From contig MFPS01000003.1 of assembly GCA_001782825.1 (NCBI GenBank), positions 44,353 through 108,352 of the forward strand: DNA of 64,000 bases. Direction: 5' to 3'. Numbering within the stretch: position 1 is the first letter of the stretch; each line of letters opens with the position of its first letter. The notes under the pieces are model-generated. The model was given only the letters and a program-made list of their open reading frames with translations, had not been told where the DNA came from and ran no database searches. Shown in pieces: positions 1 to 9,443 of this stretch. The stretch is from Candidatus Magasanikbacteria bacterium RIFCSPHIGHO2_01_FULL_33_34. Lineage in GTDB: Bacteria > Patescibacteriota > Patescibacteriia > Magasanikbacterales > UBA922. Made by a program: the position numbers and the translations under genes.

Positions 1-189
1 TGATTTTTTACAAAAAGCTCATGATATATCAAATAAACCTAAATGTTTTGTGGTCTTGCCAAAATCAAGTATAAATAGTGATATAGAAAAATTTGTTATA
101 GAAAAAATGAATGATAATGGTCGTTTGGTGGGGGATTTTGTGGTGTTTGAGGAATTAGTGAATAGTAATGATATTGAAGTTGACGAATA
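1..189 (+). CDS. 3' end of an unidentified protein (partial, ends ...NDIEVDE*)
   Basis: An open frame runs in from the window edge and stops at 187-189. I recognise no motif. Confidence 0.3.
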
Positions 190-215
190 GCCAAAAATGT
201 TATAATTTAGATTAA

Positions 216-330
216 ATATAATTGGAATTATTATTCGCTCCCTGCCTGCCGGTAGGCAGGATTCTCGCTTTGGCTCCGAGGATGATGCTTATTGTAGCAT
301 CAAATCCGCTCATAATAATTCCAATTATAT
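216..330 (+). repeat. Nested-palindrome intergenic repeat, short variant with an extra inserted hairpin (copy a)
   Basis: The outer stem is ataattggaattattatt / aataataattccaattat. The core is gattctcgctttggctccgagg plus the hairpin gatgct-tattgt-agcatc. An inserted hairpin cctgcc...ggcagg lies at 241-260. Confidence 0.8.
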
Positions 331-365
331 TTAATATTACACATAGTTTAAATAGTTTATTATAT

Positions 366-773
366 ATGGCAGACAAATGTATTTTTTGTGGGATAGTAGG
401 GGGTGAAATTCCAAATCATACAGTATATGAGGATAGTATGGTTTTGGCTTTTTTGGATATATTTCCTCATGCCAAAGGTCATACAGTGGTGATACCAAAG
501 GATCATTTTGAATCTCTGTGGGATATGGACACAGACACATTTCAGTCAATTTTGGCTGGGGTACGCGCTACTGCTGGTCGTGTACAAGCTAGACTCAAGC
601 CGGATGGTATGAATATAGGTATCAATAATGGTAAAAGTGCAGGTCAAGTTGTACCGCATGTACATTGGCATATCATTCCGCGTTGGGAGGGGGATGGTGG
701 CGGTAGTATGCATAGTATTATTAAAAATCCAGGAGATAAAAGTGTTGATGAAATAGCAAAATTATTTAAATAA
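366..773 (+). CDS. HIT-family (histidine triad) nucleotide hydrolase
   Basis: MADKCIFCGIVGGEIP...HVHWHIIPR is the HIT motif. The ATG at 366 is the first start after the repeat, so the longer ORF from 222 is a read-through of the repeat. Confidence 0.85.
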   Translation: MADKCIFCGIVGGEIPNHTVYEDSMVLAFLDIFPHAKGHTVVIPKDHFESLWDMDTDTFQSILAGVRATAGRVQARLKPDGMNIGINNGKSAGQVVPHVHWHIIPRWEGDGGGSMHSIIKNPGDKSVDEIAKLFK

Positions 774-787
774 TATAAAGATATAAA

Positions 788-925
788 ATATAATAGCGTT
801 ATTTATACTTTTAATCATGACCGTATCAATTTGTTTATTTATTTTTACTCCCTGCCTGCCGGCAGACAGGATTCTCGCCTGCGGGCTCCGAGGTGTCGCC
901 TGTTGTGGCAACAAATCCGTAAAAA
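788..925 (+). repeat. Nested-palindrome intergenic repeat, long-type 5' module plus core with inserted hairpin (copy b)
   Basis: The 5' module is ataatagcgttatttatactttt... The core is ctccctgcctgccggcagacaggattctcgcctgcgggctccgagg plus the hairpin gtcgcc-tgttgt-ggcaac, then aaatccgtaaaaa. Confidence 0.75.
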
Positions 926-997
926 GAATACTTACCAAATAAATTAATAAAAAATCAAAACAAATATGTTTAGGTGTTTAAATATTTAAATGTTTAT

Positions 998-1999
998 ATG
1001 CAAATATTAGTATGTGGTGGTGCTGGTTTTATGGGCTCGCACTTTATAAAATATATATTAGAAAAATATCCAGATTACATGCTGGTAAATTTTGATAAAC
1101 TCACTTATGCGGGCAATTTGGAAAATTTGAAAGAAGTAGAAAATAATAAAAGATATAAATTTGTAAAAGGGGATATTTGTGATGCATCTGAAGTTGATAG
1201 AGTAGTCAGAGAAAATAAAATTGATACAATAGTAAATTATGCAGCAGAGACCCATGTTGATCGATCGGTTATGGACCCGTCTGCATTTTTGAAGACTAAT
1301 ATTTTTGGTTCATATAATTTATTAGAGGCGACAAAAAAATTTGATCTAAAAAAAATGGTTCAAGTTTCAACTGATGAAGTATTTGGAAGTATTGATAGTG
1401 GAAAGTTTCGTGAAGATTCACCATTTGAACCAAATAGTCCATATTCGGCTGCAAAGGCTGGTGGAGATTTGCTTTGCCGTTCGTATTTTGTTACTTTTCA
1501 AACGCCAGTGGTAGTGACACATAGTTGTAATTTTTATGGTTCAAATCAATATCCAGAAAAATTAATACCACTTTTTGTCACAAATTTGTTGGAAGGCAAA
1601 AAAGTACCGGTATATGGTGATGGTAAGCAGGTGCGTGAATGGATATATACGGAAGATCATTGTAATGCAATTGATGTGATTTTACATAAAGCAAAAGCTG
1701 GTAGTGTTTATAATATTGGATCAGGAGATGAAATTGAAAATATAGAAATTACAAAATTAATTTTGGAATATTTGGGTTATGATGAAAAAATGATAGAGTA
1801 TGTAAAAGATAGGCCAGGGCATGATAAACGTTATGCGCTTGATGCCAATAAATTAAAAAATGAATTAGGTTGGGAAGCAAAAGTTAATTTTAGAGATGGG
1901 TTGAAAAAAACCGTTGATTGGTATAGAGAAAATGAAGATTGGTGGAAAAAAATAAAAGATGGCAGTTATTTAGAATATTATAAAAAACAGTATAATTAA
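998..1999 (+). CDS. rfbB: dTDP-glucose 4,6-dehydratase
   Basis: MQILVCGGAGFMGSHF is a Rossmann GxxGxxG motif. YSAAKAGGD is the YxxxK catalytic motif. SDR-extended family features are conserved throughout. Confidence 0.88.
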   Translation: MQILVCGGAGFMGSHFIKYILEKYPDYMLVNFDKLTYAGNLENLKEVENNKRYKFVKGDICDASEVDRVVRENKIDTIVNYAAETHVDRSVMDPSAFLKTNIFGSYNLLEATKKFDLKKMVQVSTDEVFGSIDSGKFREDSPFEPNSPYSAAKAGGDLLCRSYFVTFQTPVVVTHSCNFYGSNQYPEKLIPLFVTNLLEGKKVPVYGDGKQVREWIYTEDHCNAIDVILHKAKAGSVYNIGSGDEIENIEITKLILEYLGYDEKMIEYVKDRPGHDKRYALDANKLKNELGWEAKVNFRDGLKKTVDWYRENEDWWKKIKDGSYLEYYKKQYN

Positions 2000-2001
2000 T
2001 T

Positions 2002-2089
2002 ATTAAAGATTATTATTTACTCATTCTCGCTGTGGCTCCGAGGTGTTTGCCTGTTGTGGCAAACAAATCCGTTCATAATAATCTTTAAT
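2002..2089 (+). repeat. Nested-palindrome intergenic repeat, short variant (copy c)
   Basis: The outer stem is attaaagattattat / ataataatctttaat. The core is ctcattctcgctgtggctccgagg. The hairpin is gtttgcc-tgttgt-ggcaaac. Confidence 0.85.
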
Positions 2090-2119
2090 AATTAATTTTT
2101 ACTATTCATTAATTAAAAT

Positions 2120-2956
2120 ATGAAAATATTAATAATTGGAAAGGGTTTTATTGGAGCTAGGTGTGCTGAAGTTTGGGGTGAGGAAGCTTTTGTTAGTGAC
2201 AAAATAATTGATTCAAAACAAGATGTTTTAGATTTGCTTGTTGAATATAATCCTGATGTAGTGTTGAATGCGGCTGGAGTTAGAGGGAAGCCAAATGTAG
2301 ATTGGTGTGAAACAAATCAAGAGGAGACAATATTGGGCAACACAAAACTCCCAATTATTATTGCCGAAGCTTGTCAAGAAAAAAATATTTATTTATTACA
2401 TATTGGTTCAGGTTGTATATTTTATGGAGAGTCTCCAGATCCAAAAGGTTGGAAGGAGTCAGATTTTGGCAATCCTATTCCAGTCTATTCAAGGTCTAAG
2501 TGGGCAGCAGATTTGGTACTTTCAACTTTGCCAAATGTTGGTATTGCTCGTATTCGTATGCCGATTGATTATATACCTTCACCAACTAATATGATTGATA
2601 AATTAGCGACTTTCCCAAAAGTGATTGATGTGGAAAATTCTGTTACTATTGTTGAAGATATGATTGATGTTTTTTATAAATTAATGGAAAAAAGAGCAGA
2701 AGGAATATTTCATGTTACAAATCCTGGTACTTTGAAACACAGAGAAATTATTGCATTGTATGAAGAGTTGGTTGATCCAAATCATAAAAATGAGTGGATA
2801 AGTAATGATGATTTGGTAGCTCAAGGTTTGGCAACAAAAGGTAGGTCAAATAATTTTTTACAATCAGAAAATTTAGAAAAACTTGGAATTAAAATGCGTC
2901 CTATTCATCAAGCAATGCGAGATACAATGGAGAAGTATGCAAAGTTAAAAAAGTAG
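2120..2956 (+). CDS. NAD-dependent sugar epimerase/reductase, RmlD-like (dTDP-4-dehydrorhamnose reductase family)
   Basis: The N-terminus has GKGFIG. NAAGV...VDWCE...LLHIGSGCIFYG parallels RmlD. It sits next to rfbB. Confidence 0.6.
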   Translation: MKILIIGKGFIGARCAEVWGEEAFVSDKIIDSKQDVLDLLVEYNPDVVLNAAGVRGKPNVDWCETNQEETILGNTKLPIIIAEACQEKNIYLLHIGSGCIFYGESPDPKGWKESDFGNPIPVYSRSKWAADLVLSTLPNVGIARIRMPIDYIPSPTNMIDKLATFPKVIDVENSVTIVEDMIDVFYKLMEKRAEGIFHVTNPGTLKHREIIALYEELVDPNHKNEWISNDDLVAQGLATKGRSNNFLQSENLEKLGIKMRPIHQAMRDTMEKYAKLKK

Positions 2957-2968
2957 TTTATAAATATT

Positions 2969-3739
2969 ATGGACTTGAGTATTATTACTGTAACTTGGAA
3001 TTCAGAAAAAAAAATTGAAAATCAGATTTTGTCTGTTATTTCTAGTTGTAGAAATATTACTTTTGAACAAATTATTATTGATAATAATTCACCTGATAAA
3101 ACTGTTGAAGTTGTTAAAAAATTTAATAATGTAAAATTAATTGAAAATAAAGAGAACAAAGGCTTTGGTGCGGCTAATAATCAAGGAATAGAAATTGCAT
3201 CGGGGAGATTTGTTTTATTTCTTAATCCTGATATGAAAGTTGAAGGGGATGCGCTTAATAGAATGGTAGATTATATGGTCCAAAATAGTAATGTTGGCAT
3301 TGCTGGGTGTAAATTATTAAATGAAAATGGGGAATTGAATTTGGCAACAACTCCAAGAAGATTTCCAAAATTGTGGGAACAATTATTTATTGTATTTAAA
3401 ATACATCATTTTTTGCCAAAAATTTTGGATAGATATTTATTTAGAGATTTTAATCCTGAGGTAGAACAAGAAGTAGATTCAGTCCAAGGTTCATTTATGA
3501 TTGTACGTCGTGAATTGATTGATAAACTTGGTTGGGGTTTTGACCCTAGATATTTTATTTGGTTTGAGGATGTAGACTTGTGTCGTGAAGCTAAGAAAAA
3601 TAGATATAAGGTAATGTATACACCAATTGCTACTTGTATTGATTATGCTGGACAAAGTTTTAAAAAAAGGACTACTTGGTGGAAACAAAAACAATACATA
3701 AAAAGTATGTTGAAATATTTTATTAAGTGGGGAGTATAA
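2969..3739 (+). CDS. Glycosyltransferase family 2
   Basis: ITVTWNS...IIIDNNSPD...GFGAANNQG is a GT2 (GT-A fold) signature with DxD. Confidence 0.8.
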   Translation: MDLSIITVTWNSEKKIENQILSVISSCRNITFEQIIIDNNSPDKTVEVVKKFNNVKLIENKENKGFGAANNQGIEIASGRFVLFLNPDMKVEGDALNRMVDYMVQNSNVGIAGCKLLNENGELNLATTPRRFPKLWEQLFIVFKIHHFLPKILDRYLFRDFNPEVEQEVDSVQGSFMIVRRELIDKLGWGFDPRYFIWFEDVDLCREAKKNRYKVMYTPIATCIDYAGQSFKKRTTWWKQKQYIKSMLKYFIKWGV

Positions 3740-3740
3740 T

Positions 3741-4754
3741 ATGGTTAAATTAACAGTGCAATTATTAGTTTGGAATGGAGAAAAATATCTTCCTCATCTT
3801 TTTGAGTCTTTGAGAAAGCAAACAAGTAAAGATTGGCAAATATTTATTTTGGATAATGGTTCTGCTGACAATTCTGTTTCGGTAATAAAAAAAGAATTAG
3901 CTAATTTTTCTATACCTAATTTTTTTGAAGAGGGAGAGTCAAATATTGGTTTTTCGCCTGGACATAATTATATTTATGAACAAACTGATACAGAGTATGT
4001 GTTGATGTTAAATCAAGATTTGTATTTGGAACCAAATTGTATTGAGCGATTAATTTCATTTATGGATAAAAATAGTGAGGTGGCTAGCGTGTCTCCTCGA
4101 CTTATGAAATGGAATATTAATTCACTTGATCACTTTTTTTCTGAGTATGTTGATTCATTGGGTTTAAAAGTGTTTAAAAATAGACGTGCGGTTGATTGGT
4201 ATAATGGTCAGAAGTATGAAAATTTTTTAAATACTAATAAGGATAAAAAAGAAATAGAAGTTTTTGGCGTATCTGGTACATTGCCGATGTTTAGGAGAAG
4301 TAATATAAATAGTATCTTATATGATAATAAATATATATTTGATCCAGATTATAGTTCTTACAAAGAAGATGTAGATTTGGCTTATCGTTTACGATCGGCT
4401 GGATTCAAGTCATATGTAGTTTTGGATACTTGCGCATATCATGATAGAACTAGTGATATAGAAATTACTGTAATAGATAATAAGAAAAAACAACCAGAAC
4501 ATGTAAAATATTATAGTTATAGGAATCATTTGATGACAATATATAAGAATGAATATTTACTAAATTTTATCCTTGATTTTTTTTGGATATTGTGGTATGA
4601 AGTAGGTAAATTTATTTGGTTTTTGTTATTTGATAGAAAGGTTTTAAAAGGTTTGGGAGATATATGGAAATTCAGAAAAAATTTGAAAAGTAGACGAAGA
4701 CAGATAATAAAACAAAGAAAAATAGGATGGTATAAAATTAGAACTTGGTTTTGA
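3741..4754 (+). CDS. Glycosyltransferase family 2
   Basis: QLLVWNGEKYL...ILDNGSADNS is GT2-like. It abuts the upstream GT2 with a 1-nt gap. Confidence 0.75.
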   Translation: MVKLTVQLLVWNGEKYLPHLFESLRKQTSKDWQIFILDNGSADNSVSVIKKELANFSIPNFFEEGESNIGFSPGHNYIYEQTDTEYVLMLNQDLYLEPNCIERLISFMDKNSEVASVSPRLMKWNINSLDHFFSEYVDSLGLKVFKNRRAVDWYNGQKYENFLNTNKDKKEIEVFGVSGTLPMFRRSNINSILYDNKYIFDPDYSSYKEDVDLAYRLRSAGFKSYVVLDTCAYHDRTSDIEITVIDNKKKQPEHVKYYSYRNHLMTIYKNEYLLNFILDFFWILWYEVGKFIWFLLFDRKVLKGLGDIWKFRKNLKSRRRQIIKQRKIGWYKIRTWF

Positions 4755-4770
4755 AAGTATTATTTAGTAT

Positions 4771-5613
4771 ATGAAAGATATTAATATTGTATACGTAAAT
4801 TATTTGATGAAGGAGGATATTTTGAAAGCAGTCAGTAGTGTATTGACTGATATTTTGGGTTGTCCTTATGATGTACAAATTACAGTGGTAGATAATTCTG
4901 AAAATAAGGATGACATAAAGGAAGATTTAGAAAAACTTTATCCTGAAGTAAAATATATTGATGCAGGGGGTAATATTGGTTTTGGAAAGGGTAATAATAA
5001 AGGTTTTAAGTCAACGGAATCAAGATATTATTTTGCTTTAAATAGGGATACTATTATTCCAGATAATTCCAATACTATTGAAAGGATAATTAAGTTTATG
5101 GATAATAATCCAAAGATTGGTTGTATTGGTCCAAAGTTAATTAATATGGATCAGACTCTTCAGGATACATGTTATAGATTTGATTTTAAATCAATTATTG
5201 TTAAACCATTTAAGCAAATTAATTTTGATAAAAAATATAATTGGGTGAAAAAATATACAAATAGATTGTTGATGAAAGATTTTGATCATAATACTACTAG
5301 ACCAGTGGATTGGGTATTGGGGGCGGCTATGGTTGTTAGAAAGGAAGTAGTGGACGAAATAGGTTGGTTTGATGATAGATATTTTATGTATTTGGAAGAT
5401 TGTGATTGGTGTAGAACTATGTGGGATAATGGTTGGCCAGTATATTATGTACATGATATAGTAATACAGCATAGATATGCTCGGGCTTCGGCAGAAATAC
5501 CAGGTGTATTGAAAGCCTTATTAAAAAATAAGTTAGCGCGTATTCATTTGATAAGTTGGTTTAAATATATTTTGAAGTGGCGAGGTAAATTTAAGTATTA
5601 TAAATCTATATAA
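4771..5613 (+). CDS. Glycosyltransferase family 2
   Basis: VVDNSENKDD...GGNIGFGKGNNKG, plus a C-terminal ED..W motif typical of GT2. Confidence 0.7.
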   Translation: MKDINIVYVNYLMKEDILKAVSSVLTDILGCPYDVQITVVDNSENKDDIKEDLEKLYPEVKYIDAGGNIGFGKGNNKGFKSTESRYYFALNRDTIIPDNSNTIERIIKFMDNNPKIGCIGPKLINMDQTLQDTCYRFDFKSIIVKPFKQINFDKKYNWVKKYTNRLLMKDFDHNTTRPVDWVLGAAMVVRKEVVDEIGWFDDRYFMYLEDCDWCRTMWDNGWPVYYVHDIVIQHRYARASAEIPGVLKALLKNKLARIHLISWFKYILKWRGKFKYYKSI

Positions 5614-5627
5614 GTTTTATTTATAAG

Positions 5628-5797
5628 ATATAATAGCATTATTTATACTTTCAACCACGATTGCATTTTTTTCAATTATTTGTTTTTACTCATTCTCGCT
5701 TTGGCTCCGAGGGTGATGCCTGTTGGGGCATCAAATCCGTAAAAACAAATAATTGAAAATAATGCTTAATTATAAATAACGTTTTCAATTTTTACAC
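5628..5797 (+). repeat. Nested-palindrome intergenic repeat, long variant (copy d, reference copy)
   Basis: The 5' module is ataatagcattatttatactttcaaccacgattgcat. P1 is caattatttgtttttac / gtaaaaacaaataattg. The core is ctcattctcgctttggctccgagg. The hairpin is gatgcc-tgttgg-ggcatc. The 3' module is aataatgcttaattataaataacg. Confidence 0.9.
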
Positions 5798-5804
5798 TTT
5801 ATTT

Positions 5805-6905
5805 ATGGAAAAATATCCTAAAATTGCGATAATTTATTTATCATTTGATTCTGAACAATATTTGGATGATGTTGTTTCAGGACTCAAAAAAGTAAGTTAT
5901 CCAAAAGATAAGTTAGAGTTGGTTATAGTGGACAATCCACATCCAAAATATGGCTCATCTGTGAGAGCTATACAAGAAATTATTATGCCACATTCTGGTT
6001 TGGATTTGCCTCACGTTACACTTTTGCCACAAAAAGAAAATTTAGGTTTTGCTGGTGGAAATAATGTTGGTATACAATGGGCATTGGATAATAATTTTGA
6101 TTATATTTATCTTCATAATAATGATGGATTTACTTCAATCAATACTTTTGAATCACTTGCTAAAGTTATGGAGGAAGATAAAACTATAGCAGTGGCTCAA
6201 TCTTTATTACTTCTTCATCCAGATACAGAATATTTAAATAATGCAGGTAATTCTTTTCATTATCTTGGATTTGGTTATTGTGATAAATATAGAGAAAGAG
6301 TGGATGAAGTAAAATTGCCTCCAGTTATGGAGATTTCATATGCTAGTGGCGCTGCTTGTATTGTCAGATCAGATTTGATTAGAAAATACGGAATGCTTGA
6401 TCATGATTTCTTTTTGTATCATGAAGATTTGGAATGGTGTTTTCGTTTTAGGGTAGTTGGATACAAAACAGTTTTGGTGAGAGATTCTGTTTTTTACCAC
6501 AAGTATCAGTTTAGTCGTAGTATTGAAAAGTTTTATTATATGGAGAGAAATCGCTATGGTGTGATGTTGATGTTTTTCAAGCTTCCTTCTTTATTATTAC
6601 TTTTACCTATGGCAATAATTTTAGAGTTTGGTTTGTGGCTTTTTGCTTGGCGTGGTGGTTGGGTAGATAAAAGATTGGAAGTATATAAATATTGGTCAAA
6701 GCCAAATAATTGGAAATTGTGGTTGGGAAAAAGAAAAAATATTCAAACAATGAGAAAAATATCAGACAGAGAACTCTTTAAGTTCAGCGTTCCAGGTATA
6801 TATTTTCAAGAAAAATCTATGGAAAATCCAATTTTGAAATATATTGGAAATCCAGTAATGAAGATATATTATTGGATTGTGGTAAGAGGGATTATTTTTT
6901 GGTAA
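5805..6905 (+). CDS. Glycosyltransferase family 2 with a C-terminal membrane segment
   Basis: IAIIYLSFDSEQYL...VIVDNPHP, plus a hydrophobic C-terminal region. Confidence 0.7.
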   Translation: MEKYPKIAIIYLSFDSEQYLDDVVSGLKKVSYPKDKLELVIVDNPHPKYGSSVRAIQEIIMPHSGLDLPHVTLLPQKENLGFAGGNNVGIQWALDNNFDYIYLHNNDGFTSINTFESLAKVMEEDKTIAVAQSLLLLHPDTEYLNNAGNSFHYLGFGYCDKYRERVDEVKLPPVMEISYASGAACIVRSDLIRKYGMLDHDFFLYHEDLEWCFRFRVVGYKTVLVRDSVFYHKYQFSRSIEKFYYMERNRYGVMLMFFKLPSLLLLLPMAIILEFGLWLFAWRGGWVDKRLEVYKYWSKPNNWKLWLGKRKNIQTMRKISDRELFKFSVPGIYFQEKSMENPILKYIGNPVMKIYYWIVVRGIIFW

Positions 6906-6909
6906 AAAT

Positions 6910-7944
6910 ATGATAACAAAAGCAATACTTACTGGTGGTGGTAGAGCAACTAGGCTTTATCCGATTACATCAACAATTAATAAGCATTTGTTGCCTTTGG
7001 CAAATAAGCCAATGATTTTTCATGCTATTGAAAAAGTGGTTGATGCGGGTATTAAAGAGATATTTATAAATGTAAATCCTGGGGAGGAAGATTTGCAAAA
7101 ACATATTGGTGATGGTGGGCATTGGGGTGTAAAAATAAAGTTTTTTGAGCAAACTGGTGGTCCACAAGGTATTGCCCATGTGGTAAATGAAGCAAAGAAG
7201 TTTATAGGGGATGATCCTTTTGTTTTTTATTTGTCTGATAATATTTTGTTTGGTGATGTAAAGGAAATGATTGAGGAATTTAATAAGGGCGAACATGATT
7301 GTATGTTGGCTTTGTCTGAAGTTCCAGATCCAAATCGTTTTGGTGTACCAGTTTTTGATAATGTTGGTAATTTGATTGATGTGATAGAAAAACCAGAAGT
7401 AGCACCAAATAATTTTGCTGTGACTGGGATATATTTGTATGGTCCAAAAATATTTTTTGAAGCATTTGATAATATAGAAAAAAGCGCAAGAGGCGAGTAT
7501 GAAATATCAAGTATTCATTCTTACTTTTTAAAAAATAACAAAAAAGTTGGTTATAAAGAGATAACTGGTTGGTGGAAGGATACAGGTAAAACAGAAGATC
7601 TTTTGTTGGCAAATAGATTATTACTTGAAAAAACTAATAATATAATTCAAGTTAGTCCGAGTTGTGTTTATGATGATACAGTTGAATTGATTGCACCAGT
7701 TATAATTGGTGAAAATTGTATTTTGAAGAATTGTAAAATAGGACCATATGTTACTATTGGTCAAGGATCAATTATAAAAAATGCTAATATTGAGGATTCA
7801 ATATTGTTATCTAATGTTGAGATTGATTGTCAAATAACAATATCTGATAGTTTGATTGGCAAGGGGGTTAAGTTTTTGAAGAAAGAAGAAAGAAATAAAA
7901 AACATAAGTTGATAGTAGGAGATAAAACTGTTATTGAATTTTAG
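6910..7944 (+). CDS. Glucose-1-phosphate thymidylyltransferase-like sugar nucleotidyltransferase (RmlA-like N-terminus plus C-terminal left-handed beta-helix)
   Basis: LTGGGRATRLYPITSTINKHLLPLANKPMI matches the RmlA G1P-binding N-terminus. The C-terminus has hexapeptide-like repeats. Confidence 0.75.
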   Translation: MITKAILTGGGRATRLYPITSTINKHLLPLANKPMIFHAIEKVVDAGIKEIFINVNPGEEDLQKHIGDGGHWGVKIKFFEQTGGPQGIAHVVNEAKKFIGDDPFVFYLSDNILFGDVKEMIEEFNKGEHDCMLALSEVPDPNRFGVPVFDNVGNLIDVIEKPEVAPNNFAVTGIYLYGPKIFFEAFDNIEKSARGEYEISSIHSYFLKNNKKVGYKEITGWWKDTGKTEDLLLANRLLLEKTNNIIQVSPSCVYDDTVELIAPVIIGENCILKNCKIGPYVTIGQGSIIKNANIEDSILLSNVEIDCQITISDSLIGKGVKFLKKEERNKKHKLIVGDKTVIEF

Positions 7945-7952
7945 TTTATTAG

Positions 7953-9287
7953 TTAATAATTCAATTCATATAACCCAGTTTTATCTCCAACTTTTCCAAA
8001 AAAGTAAATTCTATTTTCTCTTTTATATACACTAGCATTATAAACTTCACCATTATATAGATTTTGATTTACATAATAACCTGGGTTGAATGATTCAATA
8101 CCATGATTGTTAACAATAGCCAAAGCACCGACATCATCAAGTGGAAATACAAATTTAATATTGTCACTAGTTCTATTTAGTAGTGCTGGTTTATCATGTT
8201 CATATATAGACCATAATTCCCATGCAGACCAAGTTAGCCACTCGTTGGTGGATGTATTTCTGTGAAAATTGAGAGTATGAATTGCTTCTTGTTTGTTTTG
8301 TTCTCTGGAAATAATTAATACTTCAGTATCAGTTTGTAATATTGCCCGATAATTATTTATATCAATAATTTTTTTAATTCCTAATGGATTGGGAATAGAA
8401 ATTTTATCTTGTGAATCATTACTATTTTTAACTATTAAGTTATCTTTTTCTAGAATCCAGAATTTTTCTAAGTCATCAATATACCATATTGTCGTAGAAC
8501 TGAGATTAAACATCTGTTCACTGGTATTGGTGGTCAATCTAAAAATTTTGTTATTTTCATCTATAAAAATAGTTGGAATTGGAGAATTTTTTTGCCATTG
8601 ATAATGCAATACTTTTTCTTTGTCGATTAGAACTTCATAATTTGTTATTGTATCTGTATTATCTGCATTTAAAATACTGATTGATGCGATATTTTTTTCA
8701 AATTTAGTAAATAAAATATAATTATTAAATGGCGACCATTCTAATTGATATTTTGTATTTTCTGGTAATTTGAAAAGTGGAGAAAATTCTTCTGATTGTG
8801 AATCAAATAGTTCAATATTTGTAGTTTTGTTTTTTGTAGAAGATAATAAAATAAATCTTCCATCAGTTGATGGTAAAAAAGAATCAATATTATTTTTTGT
8901 ATTGTCTATTGCTGTAGGTAGTGAGTCTTTTAGTAAGTTTATGTTTTTTATGTAAGTTGTTTGTTTACTTTTTACATCTATATTTTTTTCCCATGTTTTA
9001 TATCCGGGTAATGAAATTTTTAGATTATATGTACCGGGGGTTCTGTTGGTTAGTCTGATTGGTATTTTTTTTGTTATCTTTATATCATTTAGATATACTT
9101 CTGCTTCTTTTGGTTTTATATCTATACTAATAACTCCGGTCTCAATAATTTTTTTATTTTCTATATCAAGACGATAACCCATGGAATAAAGTATTAATAA
9201 AGGTGTGATAGTAAAAAAAATCGAAACTAAAAAAAACAAAAAAATACTTCTAAATTTTTTGTCATTGTAGGTATTTGATTGCCTCAT
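7953..9287 (-). CDS. Hypothetical membrane-anchored protein with a PEGA-like domain
   Basis: It has an N-terminal TM helix. IDIKPKEAEVYLNDIKI...PGTYNLKISLPGYKTW resembles a PEGA domain. Confidence 0.5.
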   Translation of the reverse strand: MRQSNTYNDKKFRSIFLFFLVSIFFTITPLLILYSMGYRLDIENKKIIETGVISIDIKPKEAEVYLNDIKITKKIPIRLTNRTPGTYNLKISLPGYKTWEKNIDVKSKQTTYIKNINLLKDSLPTAIDNTKNNIDSFLPSTDGRFILLSSTKNKTTNIELFDSQSEEFSPLFKLPENTKYQLEWSPFNNYILFTKFEKNIASISILNADNTDTITNYEVLIDKEKVLHYQWQKNSPIPTIFIDENNKIFRLTTNTSEQMFNLSSTTIWYIDDLEKFWILEKDNLIVKNSNDSQDKISIPNPLGIKKIIDINNYRAILQTDTEVLIISREQNKQEAIHTLNFHRNTSTNEWLTWSAWELWSIYEHDKPALLNRTSDNIKFVFPLDDVGALAIVNNHGIESFNPGYYVNQNLYNGEVYNASVYKRENRIYFFGKVGDKTGLYELNY

Positions 9288-9355
9288 AATCAGAAATAAT
9301 TTGATTAAATTGCTAAATTTAGCTTAAAATAGCAGTATTGTATTTTTCATTATGT

Positions 9356-9384
9356 TACGCTATAATAGTAGCGTCTTTTTTATA
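9356..9384 (+). other. Hairpin (acgcta-taatag-tagcgt) followed by a T-run, in a divergent intergenic region
   Basis: The sequence shows a 6-bp stem followed by cttttttat. It lies between a minus-strand and a plus-strand gene. Confidence 0.3.
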
Positions 9385-9443
9385 AAAAATCAACTATATT
9401 TGGTATTGATATATTTTTATATAGTTTGTATTAAAATATTAAA

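Noticed and set aside
222-365. N-terminal 48-aa extension of the HIT ORF (the track ORF 222..773)
   Set aside because: The extension is a read-through of repeat copy a (ctccctgcctgccggtaggcagg...). The conserved HIT protein begins at the Met at 366 (MADKCIFCG).
2307-2594. Internal plus-strand ORF within the RmlD-like gene (95 aa)
   Set aside because: It is an alternate frame of a well-supported enzyme gene.
5681-5760. The repeat core as a hammerhead, twister, pistol or group II D5 ribozyme, or an integron attC site
   Set aside because: The hammerhead conserved core (CUGAUGA...GAAA) and the other ribozyme consensi I know are absent. The attC R'' and R' boxes (RYYYAAC and GTTRRRY) are absent too. 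I recognise no integrase or reverse transcriptase in the window.
9356-9384. The hairpin plus T-run between the PEGA gene and murA as a functional terminator
   Set aside because: No plus-strand gene lies upstream for it to terminate. It could be a chance AT-rich palindrome or a promoter-region element, and the support is too weak to call.
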